This document shows positions 56,593 through 64,000 of a stretch of 64,000 nt of DNA, piece after piece. The position numbers were made by a program, and so were the translations under genes. Location of the stretch: the NCBI GenBank assembly GCA_947498845.1, contig CANMLX010000022.1, positions 1,452 through 65,451 of the forward strand. Direction: 5' to 3'. This stretch comes from an uncultured Flavobacteriaceae bacterium. Its GTDB lineage: Bacteria > Bacteroidota > Bacteroidia > Flavobacteriales > Flavobacteriaceae. The notes beneath the pieces were generated by a model that worked only from the letters and a program-made list of their open reading frames with translations, made no database searches and was not told the origin of the DNA. The stretch's first letter is position 1, and every line of letters starts with the position of its first letter.

Positions 56593-57702
56593 CTATGAAT
56601 AATACGTTTTAATATCAAATTGTATAGCTTTCCATTGCCATTGAAAAAAACTTTTCCGATCACTGTGTCTTTGAAAATAGTCCATAAAGTTATCTTTTGT
56701 ACTAGCTTTTATAGGAAAAACATGCTGATTAGATTTTTTAATAGTTTTAGCTTGTTCAATACGCAATTTTCTTTGTTCTATAGCTTCTACACGATTTTCA
56801 ATAGAGGTCTTTCTACGCTCAATTTTCTTTTCATAAATATTGATATTTCCATTTAAAGTTTTTATATTCTTTATGGCTATTGGATCACTTGGATATTTCT
56901 TCATTTCTTCAAGACGCATAAAAGAAGCTTCTTTTTTTTGTTCAAATTCAGCTATTTCTGTTTTAAAGGTTTGTATTTCCTCTTTCCATTTATTGATGTT
57001 TTTATTATACTGTTCTATTTTCTCTTGCCAATCATTATCAAACGTATGTTCGCACCCCAATACATGTGCTATTTCATGAGCATAAACTGTAGAACTATAT
57101 AAACCATCATAGAAAATACTACAATTTCTTCGTTCTGCAGCCCATAATTGCCCATCACCTGCTGTCCCAGGTTTTTGTATAGGTGTAATGAATAACAAAA
57201 TTCCTTTATGTGATTTTTCTTTTTCGTATTCTGCAATATAAAATTTTCTAACCATTGAACTTACTTGTTCTTTATCTCCTATGAATTTTGCGCCATCATA
57301 AGTAGTTTCTTCTGCGGATAACATTTCTTGAGTCAATTCTAAAATACATTCTGTGGGAACAATTTTTGTTTTAACTAAAGCTTGTTGTAATGAATTGTTA
57401 TTTAAGTAGTTTTCTAAATCAATTATTTCTAAAGCATTGTTTATGCCCTCAAGATCACGCTCTTTACTTTTACTTCTCACCACTTTTACAATCTTAATAT
57501 CAAGATCATAGGTAGTGTCATTTTTAAAAAATGTTATTTTGCCAACAACATCATCATACTTATCCAATAAATCACATACAGTATCTTGACTTAGTGCGTT
57601 GTCGCAAAATACGTTAATGGAGACATCTCCCTTATCCAGATCTTTCACCTTTACTTCTTCAGGTTCAAAACGTATGCCATCTTTTGCTGGAAGCTTTATC
57701 AC
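56593..57702 (-). CDS. zinc metallopeptidase (metzincin HExxHxxGxxH) with coiled-coil insertion, candidate toxin
   Basis: 369 aa with a GTG start. HEIAHVLGCEH at residues 209-219 (nt 57046-57078). About 100 aa of heptad-like K/E-rich sequence follows, then DNFMDYF...FFQWQW. No signal peptide. Confidence 0.6.
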   Translation of the reverse strand: MIKLPAKDGIRFEPEEVKVKDLDKGDVSINVFCDNALSQDTVCDLLDKYDDVVGKITFFKNDTTYDLDIKIVKVVRSKSKERDLEGINNALEIIDLENYLNNNSLQQALVKTKIVPTECILELTQEMLSAEETTYDGAKFIGDKEQVSSMVRKFYIAEYEKEKSHKGILLFITPIQKPGTAGDGQLWAAERRNCSIFYDGLYSSTVYAHEIAHVLGCEHTFDNDWQEKIEQYNKNINKWKEEIQTFKTEIAEFEQKKEASFMRLEEMKKYPSDPIAIKNIKTLNGNINIYEKKIERRKTSIENRVEAIEQRKLRIEQAKTIKKSNQHVFPIKASTKDNFMDYFQRHSDRKSFFQWQWKAIQFDIKTYYS

Positions 57703-58022
57703 ATCATCCTTTTGAGTTTTTCATCATTTAATTTATCTATTTTTAGAAGCAACGAGACATTTTCCTGCTTAGGGAACATACTTAACCAAGGTATAAAATA
57801 GTCTTGCCCTTCTATTTTTGTAGGATTATATTCCTGTTTTAATGCTTCATAGCTTTGACATATCGTTTCATAGTTGGAACGCATCCAATCAAAACCAAAC
57901 TCACCATTATAATCCTCTTTTCTTTCAAGTCTGGCAATAAATTCTAACTCATCTCTTATTTCAATTGAAGTTATAGCTTTAACTTGGTTGTCAATGATAA
58001 GTTCAAAGGTGTTTGTTCCCAT
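57699..58022 (-). CDS. 107-aa protein of unknown function (adaptor, or detached N-terminal domain of the toxin)
   Basis: The ATG abuts the Hcp-like stop codon. The stop overlaps the next start (GTGA). Contains YNGEFGFDWMR. No family recognised. Confidence 0.5.
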   Translation of the reverse strand: MGTNTFELIIDNQVKAITSIEIRDELEFIARLERKEDYNGEFGFDWMRSNYETICQSYEALKQEYNPTKIEGQDYFIPWLSMFPKQENVSLLLKIDKLNDEKLKRMM

Positions 58023-58721
58023 CTATGATGATTTTTTTTGTTTAACAACTTCCAATTTTATTTTTTCCGTATTACTCTTTATTGAATAATTCTCCAGCAT
58101 ATCATTAACAAGTAACTCTTCTTCATATTTAAAATCCTTGGTTTTATCTGCCAGGTTTATTGTTAATGTTTTTCCAACCATATTTTCTGTTTCTGCAACA
58201 ACATAAATATAATCACCCACCTTGTATTCGGGGTTTTTGTTTCCTTCTAAATCGGTAATAAAATAGTCGACAACTTTAGGCTCAGTTTCTTCCTCTCTTG
58301 CCATAGGTGTTGTATTGCTAGTGTAAGTTGTTCTCCAGTGTGCAGAATATTCTCCATCACTACTAGAATCTTTTACACCTCCACATGTTATCTTTAAGGT
58401 TTCGGTCATTGGTTGCTTTCCTATGGCCGAAAAATGATTGCGCCAACCAACAAGATGACAATCATAAAAAAAGAGTTTTCTTGTTTTAGTTCCTAAAACT
58501 CTTGGATAAATATGTAGCTCCAATTGTTTTCTTTGATCTGAAGCAAAAGACCAATCTGCAAGATGTAAATCTCTTCTTGATTCAATTACTAAATTTAAAC
58601 CATTAAATAAAGGATTTCCCGTAGGGCGCCCATTTGTATCTGCCTGTTGATTAAAACCTAAGTTAAAGCTTAGAACATTTACTTCTTTATTATCGATAAT
58701 CAATTTTGCTAGTACGCTCAT
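58023..58721 (-). CDS. tssD: T6SS(iii)-type tube protein Hcp/TssD-like with ~110-aa C-terminal extension
   Basis: 232 aa. The N-terminal ~120 aa follow the Bacteroidota TssD pattern as I recall it: AKLIIDNKEVNVLSFNLGF..ADTNGRPTG...LVIES...KLFFYDCHLVGW...GKQPMTETLKI. The rest is an unrelated beta-rich extension. Confidence 0.7.
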   Translation of the reverse strand: MSVLAKLIIDNKEVNVLSFNLGFNQQADTNGRPTGNPLFNGLNLVIESRRDLHLADWSFASDQRKQLELHIYPRVLGTKTRKLFFYDCHLVGWRNHFSAIGKQPMTETLKITCGGVKDSSSDGEYSAHWRTTYTSNTTPMAREEETEPKVVDYFITDLEGNKNPEYKVGDYIYVVAETENMVGKTLTINLADKTKDFKYEEELLVNDMLENYSIKSNTEKIKLEVVKQKKSS

Positions 58722-58812
58722 GAATTATTTTATAGATTTTTAGTTTTCTAAATTAAGAAAATTCCACACAATAAAAGTATTAAGATTCGTATAAAATATT
58801 AAAAAACACTTA

Positions 58813-58820
58813 CAAACATA
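58813..58820 (-). promoter_or_regulatory. candidate -7 promoter box (TATGTTTG on minus strand) for the Hcp-toxin operon
   Basis: Matches TAnnTTTG ~92 nt upstream of ATG 58721, with a TTG ~23 nt further upstream. Confidence 0.3.
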
Positions 58821-58882
58821 GTTCGGCTTAAATATCTAAAAGTCAAGAGTTTCTTTTTTAAATAAAAAGACAATTAAAATCG

Positions 58883-58890
58883 TACTTTTG
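58883..58890 (+). promoter_or_regulatory. Bacteroidota -7 promoter box (TACTTTTG)
   Basis: Matches TAnnTTTG, 24 nt upstream of ATG 58914. Confidence 0.4.
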
Positions 58891-58913
58891 GAATAAATTT
58901 CAACGTTATATTT

Positions 58914-59363
58914 ATGAAGAAGTGTTTTTTAATTTTAGTGTTTTTTGTGTCTTATTTGGGGTTTTCCCAAAACAACTATATCGTTAAAACAGAAGATGGT
59001 AGACGCGTACTACTAAAAGCAGATTATACCTGGGAGTATATAGATTTAGAAAAACCAACAAATACTTCTAATGTTCAAACATTGCCAGGAGCTACGAAGA
59101 ATAATTCTTGTCATGTGGCTTCAAATTTTGAAGAGCCCAAGTTGAATAAAAAAATACAAGCACAACTTAAAAAAGGTCGCGCTACCATTAGTCATGTAAA
59201 AAAGAAGGTTGCTAAGGATTATAACTGTACCGTAGATCAAGTACTGCTGTTATCTGCTAAAGAACAAAAATCAAGAGATGTTTACTATTTCTGCGCAAAT
59301 GGTACAAAAGTAACCTATAAACGTGTAGGGAATTCTATTTTAAAGGCAATAAAGGTTTTTTAA
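58914..59363 (+). CDS. secreted hypothetical protein
   Basis: 149 aa. Signal peptide MKKCFLILVFFVSYLGFSQ, four Cys. Divergent from the Hcp operon. Confidence 0.55.
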   Translation: MKKCFLILVFFVSYLGFSQNNYIVKTEDGRRVLLKADYTWEYIDLEKPTNTSNVQTLPGATKNNSCHVASNFEEPKLNKKIQAQLKKGRATISHVKKKVAKDYNCTVDQVLLLSAKEQKSRDVYYFCANGTKVTYKRVGNSILKAIKVF

Positions 59364-59604
59364 TAAAAAGGTCTGTAAAGATATTTAACGAACACAAAAC
59401 TAAAGGTGAATTTGACGTAAAAAAACATTTTTATTCCTGTTTTTCCTGTAAAATTAAAGGTTGTTGCCTTGAGCACAGTTTAAAGGTCTTTAAAATCCAG
59501 AATTTAAATTAGGGCTCGATTTCACTCTTGACAAAACAAATTATTCCATAATAATCAGATAACTAATTTTACCTTATACGATTTACGATTAAAATTTTCG
59601 TACA

Positions 59605-59715
59605 TGTCAGTTCGAGTGTTTTTTATGAAGAGATAACGAAATAAAAAATGTATCGAGAACAGGTTAGCAGTTTCTCGATACATCACGCTAAGGCGTGACA
59701 CTCAAAGAAATGACA
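59605..59715. repeat. R2 palindromic-ended repeat, copy 3
   Basis: Left end TGTCAGTTCGAGTG. Hairpin GTATCGAGAAC...TTTCTCGATAC. Right-end reverse complement TGTCATTTCTTTGAGTG. A further right-end-like fragment ends at 59533. Confidence 0.6.
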
Positions 59716-59740
59716 AAAATATTTATACGAAATTAAATTA

Positions 59741-59989
59741 ACCTGAGTTCGATTTAAGAATCATAGATAAAAGTCAATAAACATGCTAGATTCAACTTAT
59801 AATTACGATAGACTAGCGCGCTAGTTTATCGTAATTTAAGGAAGAAGATGGCGTGTTTAGTGGTTTTTATCTAGAATTTAATATATTTTCATAGCCTCAA
59901 GAGCGATATAGTACACTTTTATAAGTTAAGTTATTGGTATATAAGTGTTTTGTGTTTTTAAAAATAGTGTTCTTAAGTCGAACTCAGGT
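59741..59989. mobile_element. 249-bp MITE, copy B (inverted relative to copy A)
   Basis: The reverse complement matches 36245-36492 with ~7 differences (~97%). Flanked by TA (59739-40, 59990-91). Confidence 0.8.
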
Positions 59990-60052
59990 TAAATTACGTA
60001 ATAAATCGTATTATACCAGTTCTAGTATTTAGAATACAATTCCTTATAAAAC

Positions 60053-60085
60053 AAAAAACTGCTCCGAGAGTAGAGCAGTTTTTTT
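60053..60085. terminator. bidirectional terminator downstream of the anti-sigma-like gene
   Basis: AAAAAA-CTGCTC-CGAGAGTA-GAGCAG-TTTTTTT. Confidence 0.65.
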
Positions 60086-60126
60086 GATATTAACCCTTAA
60101 GGCTAATATCCGATCTAACCAAAAAC

Positions 60127-61710
60127 CTAAAATTTAATGCCGAATCCAGTATAAACTCCGAGGAAAAAAGGCTGGAAATCGCCAGATGTATTATTAAACG
60201 TATTAATTTGATATTTAAACATAGGCTCTAAATTCAAATTAATCTTCTTTGATATTTTATAGTTTAGCCCTAAACCAATATTAGCACTATAACTTGCCTT
60301 ATTAACGTTAGCCCTATCATCTATGGTCACTGTTTGACCTTCACTACGAGAAGACAAATCACTTTCAACTAAAAGAAAGGAACTAAAACCTCCAATAACA
60401 TTAACACCAAGTCTCTTATTAGAAATAGCATATTGAATTTCCAAAGGAATCTCTATAAATCCAAAAGACTGATTAACAGATGTAGAAGATGTCTCAAAGG
60501 TAGATGGTGTATCGTCTGTAAAAGCAGATGCGCTAACAAAAGACACAGCCCCGTCTGCAGACTCTAAACCTTCCACTTTATTTCTATTAACAACATTGCT
60601 TAAAGCTACTGCTCTAGAACTTATTGTAGGGGCTTTAAAAGATAATATATCATTTGTATTATAAGCCAGATTCACCCTATTAATTCCAGACCTTATGCTC
60701 AACCTATTATTTACAGCATAACTAGCATTAATACCATAGCTCATATTTACTTCTCCGCTTTTTGAGTTATTGTTAAATTGTGACCCTATTGTAGAGCCTT
60801 CTCCTATACTACTAAAATATACAGGAGCTACATTTGGAGCTACACTCCATTTTTTATTTGAGTTATCAACAGATTCTTCTTCCAACAAAGATTCGTTTTG
60901 TGCTATAGCATCTTCTATAGCTTGTTTTTCTTCTTTGTTTTCTACTACTTTTTCTACTGTCTCTTCTTCTACTACTTTAACCTTTTTTTCTATGTCTTTA
61001 AAAGCATCTTTTTTATTGGCAATCAAAGTTTTATCATTACTTTCTTTAAGTATTTTATCCTCTATAATTACTTTAGAATTACTGTTTAAAGGGGGCTCTT
61101 CATTTTTAATATGCTTATTTACAGGTTCTCCTTCAGTAGTTTTTAGGGTAGCAGTACTACTCTTGCTATCTACAATTAAAGGCTTGAGCTTATTTTCTCT
61201 TTGCTTTAAAACAGGTAGTTGGTTTAATTGTTCTATAGTCTCTTTACCTTTATTTGAAGTTGCTACCGAAGATGATTTTTTATTAGACTTAACACCTGTT
61301 TCTGTTGTTTTAACGTGTAACGATGTACTGTTTTTAGGGTTATTTTGGCCTTGATCGTTAGCTATCTCGATACCTTTATCTTGAGATGTTAAATTATTTA
61401 GTTGTACCTCTTCTTTTTTAATCGATGGAGCATCTTGTTTAACATTAATAGTATCATTGTTATTTATATCAACAACTTGCTGTGTAACAGTTTCTTTTTT
61501 AGAATTAAAATACAAAACGCCTACAGTAAAGAATAATAGCAATGCGGCTGCTACACCAGCGTAACGCCACCAAATAGGAAATACGTTATGTTTTTTCTTT
61601 TTCTTATTAAGCTCCTTTTCTATTTTATCCCAAACGGCATCATTAGGAGTCACTTCAAAATCTTTAAAGCGCTCTTGGAATAATCTATCTATGTTTTTTT
61701 TATTTCCCAT
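60127..61710 (-). CDS. anti-sigma-like membrane protein with C-terminal outer-membrane beta-barrel-like domain
   Basis: 527 aa with one TM (YAGVAAALLLFFTVGVLYF). Low-complexity K/E/N-rich linker. C-terminal ~220 aa have alternating beta-strand character and end ...GFGIKF. Lies 2 nt downstream of the ECF sigma gene. Confidence 0.6.
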   Translation of the reverse strand: MGNKKNIDRLFQERFKDFEVTPNDAVWDKIEKELNKKKKKHNVFPIWWRYAGVAAALLLFFTVGVLYFNSKKETVTQQVVDINNNDTINVKQDAPSIKKEEVQLNNLTSQDKGIEIANDQGQNNPKNSTSLHVKTTETGVKSNKKSSSVATSNKGKETIEQLNQLPVLKQRENKLKPLIVDSKSSTATLKTTEGEPVNKHIKNEEPPLNSNSKVIIEDKILKESNDKTLIANKKDAFKDIEKKVKVVEEETVEKVVENKEEKQAIEDAIAQNESLLEEESVDNSNKKWSVAPNVAPVYFSSIGEGSTIGSQFNNNSKSGEVNMSYGINASYAVNNRLSIRSGINRVNLAYNTNDILSFKAPTISSRAVALSNVVNRNKVEGLESADGAVSFVSASAFTDDTPSTFETSSTSVNQSFGFIEIPLEIQYAISNKRLGVNVIGGFSSFLLVESDLSSRSEGQTVTIDDRANVNKASYSANIGLGLNYKISKKINLNLEPMFKYQINTFNNTSGDFQPFFLGVYTGFGIKF

Positions 61711-61712
61711 TA

Positions 61713-62255
61713 TTACAAGGAATGTATATTTTGCTTTACTTTATTATGTTCAATATTGTTCTTTAAAATCTGCCTAGCTCTTGCGAGATTAGATTTTGAA
61801 GTCCCTATCGTTATACTTAGCATTTCTGCTATCTCTTTATGTGAGTATCCATCAAGCACATACAAGTTAAAAACCAGCCTGTATCTATCGGGTAACTCTT
61901 GAATAATTTGTAGCAGATAATCAATGGATACTTCTTCCTCTTCTATATCTACTTCAATAGCTTCAGTGATGTCTTCATTTATTATATCAAAAACCTTTTC
62001 ATTTCTATAACGCTGCAACACAGTGTTAATCGTAATTCGCTTTAACCAACCTTCAAAAGAGCCTTTGTTTTTATACTGCCCTATTTTATTAAAAATCACT
62101 AAAAAGGCATCCTGTAAGTTATCTTCTGCTTCTGTATAGTTACGTGAGTATTTTAAGCACACAGAAAACAATTTGCCCGTAAAGAGTTTGTATAATTCTC
62201 CTTGAGCTTTATTATCATTTACTTTACAATTTTCTATGAGCTGCTTTAAACTCAA
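61713..62255 (-). CDS. ECF-type RNA polymerase sigma-70 family factor
   Basis: 180 aa. Region 2 (EDNLQDAFLVIF...F.GW) and region 4 HTH (GYSHKEIAEMLSITIGTSKSNLARAR). Confidence 0.9.
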   Translation of the reverse strand: MSLKQLIENCKVNDNKAQGELYKLFTGKLFSVCLKYSRNYTEAEDNLQDAFLVIFNKIGQYKNKGSFEGWLKRITINTVLQRYRNEKVFDIINEDITEAIEVDIEEEEVSIDYLLQIIQELPDRYRLVFNLYVLDGYSHKEIAEMLSITIGTSKSNLARARQILKNNIEHNKVKQNIHSL

Positions 62256-62290
62256 GTTACACAGAGTTGTTAGTTAACACTTAAAATTAA

Positions 62291-62713
62291 TTATTCTACA
62301 ACAGGCACTTCAATAGTTAAATATTTATCATTTTCATCTTCATCTTCTCCTTGCCAAAATTTGAAAATATAAGAACCATTGCTTGTAACATTAAAATTAA
62401 ATGTTGCTTCTACCAATTGATTTGTTAAATCTTCACAATCATCTCTATTAAAATCAACAGCTATAACAGCTACAGTACGTTCGTTGTTCTCTCTCATATA
62501 ATAAAATTCATTAAATGAGTGACACGTTGATGGCCTAAAATAATTTACTGTTATTGGATAGGTTTTTCCAAGTTCAAATTCATCTGGAATCTCGACAACA
62601 CTTTCTATAGGTAATACTTCAAAATCATAAGTAATATTAGCATCACCATCATCTACACTACAACCGTACAGAAATACAAGAAAAGTGCTTAAAATAAAAA
62701 ACTTCTTCATCAT
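62291..62713 (-). CDS. hypothetical lipoprotein
   Basis: 140 aa. Lipobox in MMKKFFILSTFLVFLYGC. Confidence 0.6.
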   Translation of the reverse strand: MMKKFFILSTFLVFLYGCSVDDGDANITYDFEVLPIESVVEIPDEFELGKTYPITVNYFRPSTCHSFNEFYYMRENNERTVAVIAVDFNRDDCEDLTNQLVEATFNFNVTSNGSYIFKFWQGEDEDENDKYLTIEVPVVE

Positions 62714-62784
62714 TAAACAATTTAAATTACTCTTAAATCTATACTAATAGATGCACATTCTTGCAATAGGTTGCGTACAAAACT

Positions 62785-62813
62785 AAAAAACCCCGATTAG
62801 TTCGGGGTTTTTT
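62785..62813. terminator. bidirectional terminator downstream of recA
   Basis: AAAAAA-CCCCGA-TTAGT-TCGGGG-TTTTTT. Confidence 0.7.
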
Positions 62814-62818
62814 AACAT

Positions 62819-63820
62819 TTAGTCACTTTTTAAGGCCGCTTTTATTTTTTCTTCGAGCTCTTCAAAAAGCTCTGGATTATCTTTTATAATGGCTTTTACA
62901 GCATCCCTACCTTGACCTAATTTTGTTTCGCCATAACTAAACCAGGAGCCGCTTTTCTTAATCACCTCATGATCTACAGCGATATCTAAAATTTCCCCAA
63001 CCTTAGAAACACCCTCTCCATACATAATATCAAATTCGGCTGTTTTAAATGGTGGAGCAACTTTGTTTTTTACTACTTTAACTCTTGTTTTGTTTCCAAG
63101 AACTTCACCACTACTATCTTTTATCTGTGTTGATCTTCTAATATCCAACCTAACCGAAGCATAAAATTTCAATGCATTACCTCCAGTAGTTGTTTCTGGG
63201 TTACCAAACATAACCCCAATTTTTTCACGTAATTGGTTAATAAAAATTACAGTACAATTTGTTTTACTTATTGATGCTGTTAATTTTCTTAAAGCTTGGG
63301 ACATTAAACGTGCATGTAAGCCCATTTTAGAATCTCCCATCTCACCTTCAATTTCACTTTTAGGTGTTAACGCTGCTACAGAATCTACTACTACAATATC
63401 TATAGCCCCCGAACGTATTAAATTATCTGCAATCTCTAATGCTTGTTCGCCATTATCTGGTTGAGAGATAATTAAATTATCTATGTCTATACCTAATTTT
63501 TCGGCATAAAACCTATCAAAAGCATGTTCTGCATCAATAAAAGCTGCAATCCCTCCAGCTTTTTGTGCTTCGGCAATAGCATGCAATGTTAAGGTTGTTT
63601 TACCCGAAGATTCTGGACCGTAAATTTCTATCACACGTCCTCGAGGATATCCCCCAACACCCAAGGCAATATCTAACCCTAAAGATCCTGATGAAATAGC
63701 GTCTACATCTTGTACGGCAGCATCGCTCATCTTCATGACAGTCCCTTTACCGTAGGCTTTATCTAATTTATCTAAAGTAAGTTTTAATGCTTTTAATTTG
63801 GCTTCTTTTTCGTTGCTCAT
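62819..63820 (-). CDS. recA: recombinase RecA
   Basis: Walker [10 protein letters not shown]; FIDAEHAFD; conserved L1/L2 regions. ATG 63820 ([12 protein letters not shown]) preferred over the track start 63835. Confidence 0.95.
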   Translation of the reverse strand: MSNEKEAKLKALKLTLDKLDKAYGKGTVMKMSDAAVQDVDAISSGSLGLDIALGVGGYPRGRVIEIYGPESSGKTTLTLHAIAEAQKAGGIAAFIDAEHAFDRFYAEKLGIDIDNLIISQPDNGEQALEIADNLIRSGAIDIVVVDSVAALTPKSEIEGEMGDSKMGLHARLMSQALRKLTASISKTNCTVIFINQLREKIGVMFGNPETTTGGNALKFYASVRLDIRRSTQIKDSSGEVLGNKTRVKVVKNKVAPPFKTAEFDIMYGEGVSKVGEILDIAVDHEVIKKSGSWFSYGETKLGQGRDAVKAIIKDNPELFEELEEKIKAALKSD

Positions 63821-64000
63821 TATGTCTTTTCTCATAAAGTTATGCTTGCTAAAATACGATTACTTTTATCATCTTACAATTTTATCACGCAACCTTTTTA
63901 TACATTTTGCATCTAGTAAATAAAGTGGGTTAAATTTTGCTGTGAAAAAGAAGAATTTAAACTTTAAATCCACTACTGTAAACGCATTAGGTGTTTCAGC

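Noticed and set aside
60770-61354. 194-aa and 63-aa plus-strand ORFs inside the anti-sigma-like gene
   Set aside because: They are antisense to a low-complexity K/E/N-rich linker, and the products are Ser/Leu/Phe-rich nonsense. The minus-strand gene is operonic with the ECF sigma factor.
1-64000. Searched by eye for tRNA/rRNA/tmRNA signatures (e.g. GGTTCGAATCC T-loops) and for CRISPR-like regularly spaced repeats
   Set aside because: None found. The only regularly spaced repeats are coding (TSP3 units in ompA) or the three GGCTTGC boxes. Neither has CRISPR repeat/spacer geometry.

Overview
This is a low-GC, Flavobacteriaceae-like Bacteroidota chromosomal window. Several genes are preceded by the Bacteroidota -7 promoter box TAnnTTTG, the TonB-dependent receptors carry CarboxypepD_reg N-termini, and a DUF4199-like gene is present. 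About 85% of the window is ordinary core genome: a TPR histidine kinase with a LuxR-type regulator, AddA/AddB-like nucleases flanking an OmpA-TSP3 gene, sod, dxs, dGTPase, three TonB-dependent receptor loci, a PiT phosphate transporter, GH2, galE/DegT/waaA, fbp, lysC, an OlsF-like acyltransferase, kynA, pgi, an ECF sigma/anti-sigma pair and recA. I saw no rRNA, tRNA or CRISPR array.

Three accessory patches stand out:
- **2.6-6.8 kb:** a decayed gene-poor patch with a small exported Cys peptide gene missed by the ORF track, a GC-rich structured segment, long palindromic repeats, an HD-domain pseudogene and a DDE transposase relic.
- **28.9-33.1 kb:** a class II Fic cassette bracketed by a ~255-bp direct duplication. 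Next to it, an IS110-family element is inserted into a palindromic intergenic repeat. Its empty site can be reconstructed, and its 5' non-coding arm looks like a bridge-RNA candidate.
- **55.9-60.0 kb:** a compact four-gene operon. It encodes an Hcp/TssD-like protein with a C-terminal extension, a 107-aa ORF, a metzincin-motif protein with a long coiled-coil insertion, and an exported YwqK/MORN-type protein. I read this as an orphan T6SS-type cargo/toxin/immunity module; it is the best candidate for an undescribed system.

A ~248-bp MITE with TA duplications is present as two ~97% identical inverted copies that bracket 23 kb. A solo end of the same MITE sits at a third site.

All repeat and hairpin coordinates were derived by eye (+/- a few nt). 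No database search or folding was run.
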